From positions 1-64,000 of the IMG/VR virus record IMGVR_UViG_3300036951_000320: a DNA stretch of 64,000 bases; one strand, 5' to 3'. The translations under genes were made by a program, and so were the position numbers. Position 1 is the stretch's first letter. Every line of letters begins with the position of its first letter. Below, piece after piece: positions 18,488-27,248 of the stretch. The DNA is from a virus. Lineage: Duplodnaviria > Caudoviricetes. The notes under the pieces are model-generated. The model saw nothing but the letters and a program-made list of their open reading frames with translations, was not told the DNA's origin and ran no database searches.

Positions 18488-19231
18488 ATGAGACGGCGAA
18501 AGTGCATCACCCCCGGCGCCGCCGGCGCCCCCCCGCCCCCGACCCCCCCGGCGTGGCGCCCCCCCGAGCCCCCGGCAAGCCCCGGCCCCGACCCTGGCAC
18601 GGACGGCGGCGGAGCGGGGCTTGGGCCCTACGCGCGGGCGATGATCGACGGGCTCGACCGGGACGCGCTGCGCGCCTCCCGGCTTGGGCGCGGGGAAGGA
18701 CCCGTGGTGGCGGAGCGGCGCGCCTTCATCGCTCGCTTGCTGAACGCGGGCGCCCCTCGCAGTGTGATCGTTGAAGAAGTCATGGAGCGCTATGGTGTCG
18801 CCGAGCGCACGGCGGAAAGCGAGATCACGCGCGTCCGCACGGAGAGGGCGGATCTATTCGAGGCGGAGCGTAAGACGTACAAGGCGGAGCAAGTCGCGCG
18901 GCTCCAACGCGATCTCGCCGAAATGCGGGCGTCGAAAGTGAAGCCGTGGAAGAGCATCGCAAACCACGAAGCCTTGCTCGCGAAGATCACGGGGACGATC
19001 GAGCCAACGCATGTCGATGTGAACATGAGCCTTGAGGTGACAAGCGCTCTCGCGCTGTTCGTTGGGAAAATCGACGCTGACACCTTCGAGCAGATGATCG
19101 CGGAGCAACGCGCGATTGAATCCGGCGACCCCCTCGCACTACCGGCAACGCGAATGGTTGATGATCTCATCGATGGAAAACGATATACGGGGCCGGGTGC
19201 CGGGTGGTCCAGCACGTCTCGGGTATCCTAG
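18488..19231 (+). CDS. Putative terminase small subunit (HTH)
   Basis: HTH-like segment RSVIVEEVMERYGVAERTAESEI, then helices and LLAKITGTIEPTHVDV; upstream of terL; start uncertain. Confidence 0.55.
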   Translation: MRRRKCITPGAAGAPPPPTPPAWRPPEPPASPGPDPGTDGGGAGLGPYARAMIDGLDRDALRASRLGRGEGPVVAERRAFIARLLNAGAPRSVIVEEVMERYGVAERTAESEITRVRTERADLFEAERKTYKAEQVARLQRDLAEMRASKVKPWKSIANHEALLAKITGTIEPTHVDVNMSLEVTSALALFVGKIDADTFEQMIAEQRAIESGDPLALPATRMVDDLIDGKRYTGPGAGWSSTSRVS

Positions 19232-19232
19232 G

Positions 19233-19650
19233 CGTCGGTGCTGTCGGTGGTGTCTGCTGTCGGTGACGAACGCTTCGGTGGTGTCTGCTTCGATGTGTCG
19301 GTGCTGTCGGTGGTGTCTGCTTCGGTGGTGTCTGCTTCGAGGTTGCCCTTCGGTGACGGATGCTTCGGTGTGACGGTGCTGTTGGTGTCTGCTTCGGTGA
19401 CGAACGCTTCGGTGGTGCCCGCTTCGGTGGCGAACGCTTCGGTGTGCCGGTGCTGTCGGTGGTGAATGCTTCGATGTGTCGGTGCTGTCGGTGCTGTCGG
19501 TGCTGTCGGTGGTGGATGCTTCGAGGTTGCCCTTCGGTGACGAACGCTTCGGTGACGAATGCTTCGAGGTGTCGGTGCTGTCGGTGGTGGATGCTTCGGT
19601 GAGGGGGTCGTCGGTGGTGCCCGCTTCGGTGGTGCCCGCTTCGGTGGGGA
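19233..19650. repeat. Non-coding modular repeat array (about 16 x GCTTCG(G/A), often 15-nt spaced, plus TCGGTGCTG 9-mers)
   Basis: Read directly; duplicated blocks at 19287/19468 and 19334/19518; no continuous frame. Confidence 0.9.
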
Positions 19651-19654
19651 AGCC

Positions 19655-19820
19655 AGAGGGGGGAGGGGGCCAGAGGGGGCGATCGTGAGGGGGTGTAGGT
19701 GTGGGGGGGCTAGGGGGGGTTTTGGGGGGGCTCTTCGCTTTGGACCCCCCCGTGGTTTATGTGAGGCGAAAACGATTAGGGGTGAAAAATTTTGTAGGTA
19801 ATTTTATTTGGGGGGTGAGG
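19655..19820 (+). other. G-tract cluster (G-quadruplex potential) with an AT-rich patch
   Basis: At least seven runs of 5-7 G; TGAAAAATTTTGTAGGTAATTTTATTT near 19783-19809. Confidence 0.7.
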
Positions 19821-19836
19821 GCGGCATGATGGGGGC

Positions 19837-21462
19837 ATGAGAAGACGGCGAGTAATTGAAAGTGCGGGTGGTGTAGACGTGCGTGAAGCGGCTGCGGTGG
19901 TAGCCGGGGAGCGGGCGTGGTCGGTGGTGAGGGGGGATTGCATAGAAGCGATGCGTGCGATGGGGGATAGGAGTGTAGACGCGGTGGTGACGGATCCGCC
20001 GGCGGGTATTGAGTTTATGGGGGCGGAGTGGGATCGTTTCAAGTCGGGTCGTTTGCGGGCGTATTCGAAGGCGCCTTCGGAGGTGAAGGCGACGAGCGGG
20101 GGGGGCAAGCCGTATGATGGGCGGCCGGTGTTTGCTCAAGCGGCGAACAAGCGGTGTGCGGTGTGCGGGTGCTATGCGTTTAGTAGGGATCCTTGTCAGT
20201 GTGAAGAGCCGGAGTGGGAAACGGATCATTCGGCGCGTGACACGTTTGTCGGGTTTATGACGGCTGCGATGCGGGAGGCGTGGCGTGTGTTGAAGCCGGG
20301 GGGGTGGATCGTGGTGTGGGCGATTCCGCGCACGGCGCATTGGGCGGCGTGGTCGATAGAGGAAGCGGGGTTTGAGGTACGTGACGTGGTGGTTCATTTG
20401 TTCGGGCAGGGGTTTCCGAAGTCGTTGCGGGTGGATTTGGCGGTGGGCAAGGCGGCGGGCGGAGCGGGGGAGGTAGTGGGGGAGAAGGAAGTTGCGGTAG
20501 ATGCGTGGACGGCGGGGGGTCGGGAGCGTATCGAGGCGGGGGAGTGGGGAAGCTATCGTGTGGACGTGAAGAAGGCGAGCACGGAAGAGGGGAAGAAGTG
20601 GGGGGGGTGGGGGACGGCGCTGAAGCCGGCGGCGGAGCATTGGATCCTTGCGCGCAAGCCGTTGGGGGTGACGGTTGGGAAAAACGTGCTGAAGTACGGG
20701 ACAGGGGGATTGAACGTGGATGGGTGCCGAGTTGTGCATGCGTCGGAAGCTGATTTTGAGGCACACAAGCGAAACGTAGAAGCAATGAAGGCACGGGGCG
20801 GGGTACATGGGGAGATCCCGTTCAACGCGTCGGACTTGTCGGGGGCGAACGATGTGACGGCGGCGGGGAGGTGGCCGACGGACGTGGTGCTTTCGCACGC
20901 GGAGGGGTGCGGGGGGGAGGGGTGTGATTCTGATTGTCCGGTGCGGTTGCTGGACGCTTCGGCGGGGGGTGTCTCGCGGTACTTTCCGACGTTTGGATAT
21001 GATGTGAATCGATTTTGTTATGCGCCGAAGGCGACAAGTGCGGAGCGCGAAAAGGGGTGCCGGCATTTGCCTTATCGTTCGCCGGCGGAGCATGTGAAGC
21101 GCAAGGCGGGGTCGGCGGGGTTGAATTCACCCCGAGCGGGGGCAGGGCGGACGCGCGGGGGACGCAATTTTCATCCGACGGTGAAGGGGGGGAAGCTCAT
21201 GGACTGGCTTGTGCGGCTTGTGACGCCACCCGGTGGGATAGTGCTTGATCCGTTTGCGGGGTCGGGCTCTACGGGGATTGCGGCGGTGCTTGGGGGGTGG
21301 CGTTTCATTGGGGTCGAGGCGAATGAAGAATATGTAAGGATAGCGCGTGCGAGGATAGCTCACGCATCGAGTGAGGCGGAAGAACGGGAGCGGCGCGAAG
21401 CGGCGCTTCGGGAGGCGGCGGAGGTGGAGATCGAAGTGCCAAGCAACGGCGGCAAAGGATGA
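19837..21462 (+). CDS. Site-specific N6/N4 DNA methyltransferase (beta class)
   Basis: N-terminal TDPPA, HPTVK, C-terminal VLDPFAGSGSTG. Confidence 0.9.
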   Translation: MRRRRVIESAGGVDVREAAAVVAGERAWSVVRGDCIEAMRAMGDRSVDAVVTDPPAGIEFMGAEWDRFKSGRLRAYSKAPSEVKATSGGGKPYDGRPVFAQAANKRCAVCGCYAFSRDPCQCEEPEWETDHSARDTFVGFMTAAMREAWRVLKPGGWIVVWAIPRTAHWAAWSIEEAGFEVRDVVVHLFGQGFPKSLRVDLAVGKAAGGAGEVVGEKEVAVDAWTAGGRERIEAGEWGSYRVDVKKASTEEGKKWGGWGTALKPAAEHWILARKPLGVTVGKNVLKYGTGGLNVDGCRVVHASEADFEAHKRNVEAMKARGGVHGEIPFNASDLSGANDVTAAGRWPTDVVLSHAEGCGGEGCDSDCPVRLLDASAGGVSRYFPTFGYDVNRFCYAPKATSAEREKGCRHLPYRSPAEHVKRKAGSAGLNSPRAGAGRTRGGRNFHPTVKGGKLMDWLVRLVTPPGGIVLDPFAGSGSTGIAAVLGGWRFIGVEANEEYVRIARARIAHASSEAEERERREAALREAAEVEIEVPSNGGKG

Positions 21463-21929
21463 CGGAGGCGAAGATGGACCTTGATGATTTCGTGCGGGGA
21501 TGCGAGCGGGCGGAAGCGAACGGATCGCGGGATTTGTTCGGGGTCGACGGCGACACGGCGAAGGCGGTGGCTGCGATGTGGGAACGATTGGAGATCCGGG
21601 ACGTGGGGGAGATCGCGGCGGCGTGCCATGACGTGAGGCGGCGGTTTGCGGAAACGCTCGGGGATGAACGGGTGGTGGAATGGGGAACGCTCCGCATGGG
21701 GGGCAAGCAAGCGATCGCGCGAGCGGTCATGCTTGCGCTCCGAGGTATGACACCGGAAGAGGTTCACACGGCTTGCGTGGCGGAGCGGGGAGCGGCGGGG
21801 TGTAAGCCCGATGATCCGGCGATGCGGGCATGGGGAAAGCTCACCCCGGCGGAGCGTGCTTCGGTGGTGCTTTTCGTGCGGCTGGCGCGGAGCATGGCGA
21901 TAGCGATCACGGAGGCGAAGCACCTATGA
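21459..21929 (+). CDS. RyR-domain-like phage protein
   Basis: IAAACHDVRRRFAETLGD...TPEEVH...AWGKLTPAER resembles phage RyR-domain proteins. Confidence 0.5.
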   Translation: MTEAKMDLDDFVRGCERAEANGSRDLFGVDGDTAKAVAAMWERLEIRDVGEIAAACHDVRRRFAETLGDERVVEWGTLRMGGKQAIARAVMLALRGMTPEEVHTACVAERGAAGCKPDDPAMRAWGKLTPAERASVVLFVRLARSMAIAITEAKHL

Positions 21930-23557
21930 GCGAAGGGGCGGAAACGGAGCAAGCTGCGCTTGTGATGCGCGCTATTGCGCGCAAGGTGGCGTTATCGCGA
22001 AAGCATCCGACAGAATTTTTTAATTTCGTTATACGGGAAGAGATAGGGGAGCGTCGCAAGGTGACGGCGCTCCCGCATCAACGGGTGCTCTTCGATTTTG
22101 TGCTCCGATATGAACGGAGCGTGATCCGGATGCCTCCCGGATTTTCGAAGACGTTCAGCATGGCGTCGCTTACCATGTGGCTCATAGGGACGGACGCTTC
22201 GGCGCGCGGTGCAATGATTTCTTCGACGCGCGAGCAAGCGGAGAAGCCGCTGGGCATGGTCCGCGACTACATCGAACGTCCCGACGAATTCCCGGAGCTT
22301 CGGCTTGTGTTCCCGCGACTTCGGCGGAGCCCGAACCCGCACGATCCGTGGTCGCAATCGAAGATCACGGTGGATCGCCCGCCGGGCATTCGCGACCCGT
22401 CGCTTGTGGCGGTGGGGTATGGCGGAGCGCTTCCGGGGTCGCGCTTGTCGTGGATCCTTGTGGATGACTTGCTTGACGAAGAGAACACGCGGACCCCGGA
22501 CGGGCGGAAGGGGGTCAATCGGTGGTTTCTTTCCACGGTTCTATCACGTCGTGATGCGACGGGGGCTCGCATTGTAATATGCAACACCCCATGGAGCGAT
22601 GATAAACAGGCACCGGATCTAACGTTCGCTCTTGAACGGGCGGGGTGGCCATGTCTTGCGATGAATGCGGAGGGGGACGTGGAGATCATAAATGCTCCGG
22701 ATTTTGACACGGACGATATACGTCCGAGTGAGAAACCGGGGGAGGTGTATCGGTTGACGGAGCATGATCCCGATCCCGATGAAGTCATCCCATTATGGCC
22801 GGAAAAATACGGGGAAGCGGTGCTCGTGGATATACGCGATGCATATAGACATCAACCGCATATTTATGCACAGCTTTACAAGCTGCGCTCGTATGCGCGG
22901 GAGGGGTCGCGATGCAAATCGGAATGGATTGAAGCGGCAAAGCGCATGGCACAAGCGGAGCATGTATTTGGACCCGTGGTCGAATATCACGGGGACTGGC
23001 CAGTGTTCACGGGGATTGACTTAGGGGTTGGCAAATCGGAGGGAAACGATAAAACGACGTTCTTCACGTTCGCAATTCGGGAGGATGGGAAGCGAGTGAT
23101 ACTCGATGCGGAATCGGGGCGATTTAGTGGCCCCGAAATCGTTTCGAAAATACAAGAAAAGCATTTGCGATTTGGCGGAATGTTGCGTGTGGAAAATAAC
23201 GCAGCACAGGATTATATCCGGCAATTCGCATTAGAAGCTGACATAGCGCTCCCAATTCGAGCGCATACGACGGGGCAGAATAAGGTAGATCCGAGATTTG
23301 GGGTTGAAGGATTATTCCTTGAAATCGCGAATGGTGCGTGGATTATACCGTGCGGTCCGAATGGTGAGCTGTCGGAAGGAATTGAACAATGGGTTGAAGA
23401 ATGCGTGTTTTATCGACCGCCCCCTGCTCACACGGGGGATTTGCTCATGGCGTCATGGTTTGCGAGGGAGGAAGCGCGGTCGTGTGGGTTCGGGCTCACG
23501 ACTACGCGCGTTGAACGGTATGATGGGGGGATGATTGCGGGGATATTGTCGCGATGA
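21926..23557 (+). CDS. terL: Terminase large subunit
   Basis: Walker A MPPGFSKT, Walker B ILVDD, nuclease TGIDLG / ENNAAQ / TGDLLMA. Confidence 0.92.
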   Translation: MSEGAETEQAALVMRAIARKVALSRKHPTEFFNFVIREEIGERRKVTALPHQRVLFDFVLRYERSVIRMPPGFSKTFSMASLTMWLIGTDASARGAMISSTREQAEKPLGMVRDYIERPDEFPELRLVFPRLRRSPNPHDPWSQSKITVDRPPGIRDPSLVAVGYGGALPGSRLSWILVDDLLDEENTRTPDGRKGVNRWFLSTVLSRRDATGARIVICNTPWSDDKQAPDLTFALERAGWPCLAMNAEGDVEIINAPDFDTDDIRPSEKPGEVYRLTEHDPDPDEVIPLWPEKYGEAVLVDIRDAYRHQPHIYAQLYKLRSYAREGSRCKSEWIEAAKRMAQAEHVFGPVVEYHGDWPVFTGIDLGVGKSEGNDKTTFFTFAIREDGKRVILDAESGRFSGPEIVSKIQEKHLRFGGMLRVENNAAQDYIRQFALEADIALPIRAHTTGQNKVDPRFGVEGLFLEIANGAWIIPCGPNGELSEGIEQWVEECVFYRPPPAHTGDLLMASWFAREEARSCGFGLTTTRVERYDGGMIAGILSR

Positions 23558-23569
23558 TATGGGTTCATC

Positions 23570-23788
23570 ATGCGGAGGGGGGACCCGATGATCGAGGCGA
23601 TGGAGGCGGCACGGGAGGCGCTTGACCCGGTAACGCCACCGATCGAGGCGACGGTTGCGGCGTATCGTGTGGTGAGGCTTGTTCCGGTGCTTGTGGCGGA
23701 GCTAGCTTTCCTTCGAGCACAAGCCTTCGTGGCGGGGCGTAAATGGCTCGTAAAGGCTTCGGGGCGAGGGGGAGGGGCAGAAGGATAG
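23570..23788 (+). CDS. Hypothetical protein
   Basis: 72 aa ORF after terL. Confidence 0.45.
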   Translation: MRRGDPMIEAMEAAREALDPVTPPIEATVAAYRVVRLVPVLVAELAFLRAQAFVAGRKWLVKASGRGGGAEG

Positions 23789-23817
23789 AGGGAGGGGGGA
23801 AAGTGCCGTGGGGGTGC

Positions 23818-24150
23818 CTAGATTTCGTCGAATGCACACGCGCCACAGTATCCGTGCATAGCGTGTTGATAGGACGTGTTAACGATCGGCCCGCCACAAG
23901 CGCGGCACCGTCCGGAATTTGATTCCTTCGAGGAAGACCGGCGGTCGTAAGAGGGCTCGGATGCAATGATGGTCGCAAGGCACATCCCATCATCACCTTG
24001 CCAGAGGATACGATCGATTTTCTCTGTCTTCACGGTGCCGTCCTTTTTCGTGACGGTGATTGTGATTCCGGCAAGCAACCGGAACCCACGGACACCCCAA
24101 TTACCGTTACGGAGTTTCGTGTAGGTGATCAAGTGAGGCGCGTTTGTCAT
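23818..24150 (-). CDS. Hypothetical protein with C-terminal CxxC...CxxC
   Basis: 110 aa TYTKLRNGNWGVRG...CRAC...CGAC; RBS GAAGGGAG followed by ten A then ATG. Confidence 0.75.
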   Translation of the reverse strand: MTNAPHLITYTKLRNGNWGVRGFRLLAGITITVTKKDGTVKTEKIDRILWQGDDGMCLATIIASEPSYDRRSSSKESNSGRCRACGGPIVNTSYQHAMHGYCGACAFDEI

Positions 24151-24261
24151 TTTTTTTTTTCTCCCTTCTGAATCGAAGTCTCTTGCACGCGCTATGCCAC
24201 ACGAGACACAATCGAAACGGGAGGCACGCCCCGTGCTTTGCAATGGGGCGGAGGTGAACGA

Positions 24262-24498
24262 ATGCCTACAAATGAAGAACCGAAGGCACGCGTGCGGCGG
24301 GAAAGCCAGCTTGCAAAGGCTTTGGGAGCGATGATTGCGAGCGGGGATCGTGAGCTAGCAGCGTTCGCGTGGGCAAGAATCGACAGGATGATCGGGATAA
24401 CGGGGAGCATTCTAAGAGCGGCACGAGAACTAGGGATCTCGCATCGTTCCTTGTGTAGATGGAGGGCGTCGCGTGGTGGTATGACCGAAAAGTCATAG
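24262..24498 (+). CDS. Fis-like HTH DNA-binding protein
   Basis: GSILRAARELGISHRSLCRWR; RBS GGAGGTG. Confidence 0.7.
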   Translation: MPTNEEPKARVRRESQLAKALGAMIASGDRELAAFAWARIDRMIGITGSILRAARELGISHRSLCRWRASRGGMTEKS

Positions 24499-24668
24499 TG
24501 AGCGAACCTCATTATTCCATGGCAGTTTTGAATAAATCGGGGGGTGCGGGGTGCTTGCCTATGATCCGAAAGTCATAGTAGGGGAAACGAAGCAAAGTGC
24601 GTGAATATAAGAGTTTTCGAACGATGCGGGGCGAGCGGGTCGGTTGACTATGATCCGAAAGTCATAGT
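24480..24668. promoter_or_regulatory. Three operator-like inverted repeats
   Basis: TATGAC-CGAAAA-GTCATA (24480-24497), CTATGA-TCCGAAAG-TCATAG (24559-24578), ACTATGA-TCCGAAAG-TCATAGT (24647-24668). Confidence 0.8.
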
Positions 24669-24702
24669 TGGCTCGTTCCCCCCTCCCTTGCATCGGGGCG
24701 AA

Positions 24703-24723
24703 AATATAGGGGCAAGCTTGCCC
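24703..24723 (-). promoter_or_regulatory. Leftward promoter-like element with GGGCAAGCTTGCCC palindrome
   Basis: Minus strand reads GGGCAAGCTTGCCC-C-TATATT. Confidence 0.5.
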
Positions 24724-24725
24724 TA

Positions 24726-24974
24726 ATGATAGGCACGAAGTTTGCAATCATTCGCTCGCATGGGAATCACCGACGGAGCCTTCCGATTGTTGATGCGCGA
24801 AGGGCGGTCATGCGAGCACGCGCTACCTTCGATCGTCGTGCGGGCGCGTTCGCTCGTGAAGAGCGGGTCGAATCATCGCTTTCGGTGGATCGGCTTGCCG
24901 ATTATATCGATCGCTTCGTGTGCATTGTCGAAGCCTACGCGGCACTCGGGGCGACTCATGTCCAATGGTATTAG
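24726..24974 (+). CDS. Hypothetical protein
   Basis: 82 aa ORF ending just before the terminator hairpin. Confidence 0.45.
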   Translation: MIGTKFAIIRSHGNHRRSLPIVDARRAVMRARATFDRRAGAFAREERVESSLSVDRLADYIDRFVCIVEAYAALGATHVQWY

Positions 24975-24979
24975 GGGAT

Positions 24980-25005
24980 GAAGGGACCGGTCATCCGGTC
25001 CCTTC
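24980..25005. terminator. Probable bidirectional terminator
   Basis: Perfect 11-bp stem GAAGGGACCGG-TCAT-CCGGTCCCTTC between convergent ORFs. Confidence 0.65.
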
Positions 25006-25086
25006 GTGGTTTATGGCTCGTGCGGCCCCGGAACCTGCCCTATAACGCATTTGTCTTGTCAGGGTGAGGTAAGGGTGGGGGTTATG

Positions 25087-25821
25087 TCAGCGCGGGAAGG
25101 GATAGGGGAGGAACGACGATTTGGGGGTGCCTCCGATATACGGGAAGCATATTGCGGAGCATGGGGTTTTCGAAAACGATAATGGGGGGCATCGAGCATC
25201 ACGAAGGAAGCAACGCTCAACACAATGCGACAACCGGGCGCGGGTGGCGGCTTGTTCGTTTTGCTCCCATGTCCGGGTTCCCCTCCGCTTTGCGGATGCA
25301 ACCTCGTTAGCAAATGCAATCGCATTTGTGGGGGATGGGATATTATCGGGTGACACGACTTCCAAACCTTCGTTTGCTGCAAATTCGCATAATTCCCCCG
25401 TAATAATATCTCCCGCCCAAATTAGGGCTCCCGAGGGGAGGCGCGAACCTCGCATTACAATAAAATAATCCGTCGGGGTTGCTCTATCCCATGGATCTAC
25501 TTTCGAGCATGGAACGGACGTGGGGGGGTTCGGTGGGATTTTTATGGAAAGACACTTCGCGACGTTTCTGTCTTTGCACGCAATTGCCGCTTTCTTTCCT
25601 GTTTCTTCGAGCAAATACAATTCAATTGCTTCCCATGGTGAACCCCTCCGTTTCATTTTTTCCGCACGGATAATGGGCTCATATCCAACGATGCTCACTT
25701 CGCCGAAGATTGCCCCTGACAGAAGTAGGGCGGGGATTTGCTCGGAATCGTCGGAGAAGGTGCTACCCGGAGCAACCGGCCCCGACGGTGTGTTGACGTG
25801 ATTCAATAAAACGTAGGTCAT
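25087..25821 (-). CDS. Hypothetical protein with tandem duplicated domain
   Basis: Two similar ~75-aa halves each ending KRRG; TGATATGAT 6 nt upstream of ATG. Confidence 0.75.
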   Translation of the reverse strand: MTYVLLNHVNTPSGPVAPGSTFSDDSEQIPALLLSGAIFGEVSIVGYEPIIRAEKMKRRGSPWEAIELYLLEETGKKAAIACKDRNVAKCLSIKIPPNPPTSVPCSKVDPWDRATPTDYFIVMRGSRLPSGALIWAGDIITGELCEFAANEGLEVVSPDNIPSPTNAIAFANEVASAKRRGTRTWEQNEQAATRARLSHCVERCFLRDARCPPLSFSKTPCSAICFPYIGGTPKSSFLPYPFPR

Positions 25822-25877
25822 GATTGGATCATATCACGACCATCTATCGGAGCGCGATCGAGTGCGTGGACAACTAC

Positions 25878-25906
25878 TTGCTTTATTGGCAAGCTTGCCC
25901 TATATT
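25878..25906 (+). promoter_or_regulatory. Sigma70-type promoter with palindromic spacer
   Basis: TTGCTT-N17-TATATT; spacer contains GGCAAGCTTGCC. Confidence 0.6.
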
Positions 25907-25944
25907 CGCGTTCGGTTCGTCATGAACTGAAGGGAGTTTTGAAA

Positions 25945-26118
25945 ATGCAAGCAAGCGGTATCAAAAGAACGGTGAAGACAGAAGAAGAGATCAATGCAAT
26001 TTGTGAGGCGTTGGCGGCGATGCTACGCAAACGTCTTCGGGAAGCACGCAAGGCGGCACGTGAAGGGGGCAAGGTGCGCTTGAATGCTTCGATCATATCC
26101 AAGGGGGACACCCCATGA
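25945..26118 (+). CDS. Small basic hypothetical protein
   Basis: 57 aa, RBS GAAGGGAG, coupled to next ORF; shorter than the ORF-track cut-off. Confidence 0.6.
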   Translation: MQASGIKRTVKTEEEINAICEALAAMLRKRLREARKAAREGGKVRLNASIISKGDTP

Positions 26119-26369
26119 AACAATCGCAGGAAGGGGCAACGAAGGACGCGCAACGAAGCATCGTGCGGCATCATGAGATCATGAGCAATGATATCCGCGA
26201 ACGAGTGACAACGAATGCACCCCCAATAAAACGGCGGCGAACACACGCCCCCTTCTCCCCCAAATCGAACGAAGTTGAAGTGAAGCGCCTCCGTCGAAAG
26301 GTAGCGGAAATCGAAGCGCGCCTTGAATTGCTTGAAGCTGCATTCGGTGGTGGGTTCGATATTCCGTGA
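26115..26369 (+). CDS. Hypothetical protein with coiled coil
   Basis: EVKRLRRKVAEIEARLELLE. Confidence 0.6.
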   Translation: MKQSQEGATKDAQRSIVRHHEIMSNDIRERVTTNAPPIKRRRTHAPFSPKSNEVEVKRLRRKVAEIEARLELLEAAFGGGFDIP

Positions 26370-26404
26370 TTGTGCGAAAGCCGTTGAACGCGTAGGCTTG
26401 CCTC

Positions 26405-26629
26405 ATGAGCAAGTCGAAAATTCCTGTAACAGATTTATCACCTTCAATAGAAATCGAAGTGCCGGCCGGTGGCGTCAAGCGACGTGTGAAGGTACGAACA
26501 ATGAATATCGATGAAGGCATGGCTCGCGTTGTCGTGGGGGATGCATCACCGGTGGCCCCCGGGGTCCCGAGTGCGGATGCGATCCAAGTGCTCGGGAGCA
26601 TGGCTCGATCGGCTTTCGGTATGCGTTGA
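26405..26629 (+). CDS. Hypothetical protein
   Basis: 74 aa; TAGGCT 6 nt upstream of ATG. Confidence 0.6.
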   Translation: MSKSKIPVTDLSPSIEIEVPAGGVKRRVKVRTMNIDEGMARVVVGDASPVAPGVPSADAIQVLGSMARSAFGMR

Positions 26630-26662
26630 ACACGTGTTTTCGTTGTGACGGGAGGGTAAACA

Positions 26663-27193
26663 ATGTTCATCTTCGTTGAAGATTTTGAAGACTATCGGGA
26701 AGGAACCATCGTTGACGGCGAGCGCGCGATCGCGGTGCTCCAAAGTCGGGGGGCGCCGATGCTTCCGGTTGATCCGAGCTTGTTTGATCGAAATCCGATC
26801 GCGGGTTACTCCCGGCGATCATGGGGTAACGGTGGGCAACGATTCGAGCGCATGATAGGGCATCGTGCGTGCCCCCTCATGCTTTATGTGATACCGGGCA
26901 CCCCCACGTTGCACTGGACGGCACGGGTCGAACCGATCGAAGACACAACCGAAAGCAAGGGAACCTTCCGGTTGACAACGAACACGGGAGTCCACGGCGT
27001 GACGCTCACGGGCGGACTTGTAGCGGACGATCGCGCGAGCGTGATCGACTGCCCCCCGGATGCGAACGGCGGGTGGACGATCGGTGGTTCGGTGCGTGTC
27101 AATTGCGCAATGGAGGGGTTTCTTGCGTTGTCAATTTATGGTGCGGCGGTAGGTCTTCGTGTCGTGTGGGCGGCTGTAACGCAAGCAAAGTGA
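26663..27193 (+). CDS. Hypothetical virion-associated protein
   Basis: 176 aa, beta-rich C-terminus; RBS GGGAGG. Confidence 0.65.
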   Translation: MFIFVEDFEDYREGTIVDGERAIAVLQSRGAPMLPVDPSLFDRNPIAGYSRRSWGNGGQRFERMIGHRACPLMLYVIPGTPTLHWTARVEPIEDTTESKGTFRLTTNTGVHGVTLTGGLVADDRASVIDCPPDANGGWTIGGSVRVNCAMEGFLALSIYGAAVGLRVVWAAVTQAK

Positions 27194-27248
27194 CTTTTCA
27201 TTTTGGATCGGCGTGACGGAAGCACCGCATACGGGATAAATTCCCCGT

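Noticed and set aside
19233-19650. CRISPR array or repetitive protein
   Set aside because: Units are 9-15 nt with recurring linkers rather than unique spacers, no cas genes are present, and reading frames shift repeatedly on both strands.
19804-21093. 429-aa minus-strand ORF
   Set aside because: Pro/Arg-rich shadow of the G-rich methyltransferase gene. The same applies to other antisense ORFs such as 39159-40172, 58499-59527 and 32710-33690.
24703-25906. Invertible segment bounded by the GGCAAGCTTGCC/TATATT inverted copies
   Set aside because: No recombinase in the window, and both copies are better explained as divergent promoters.
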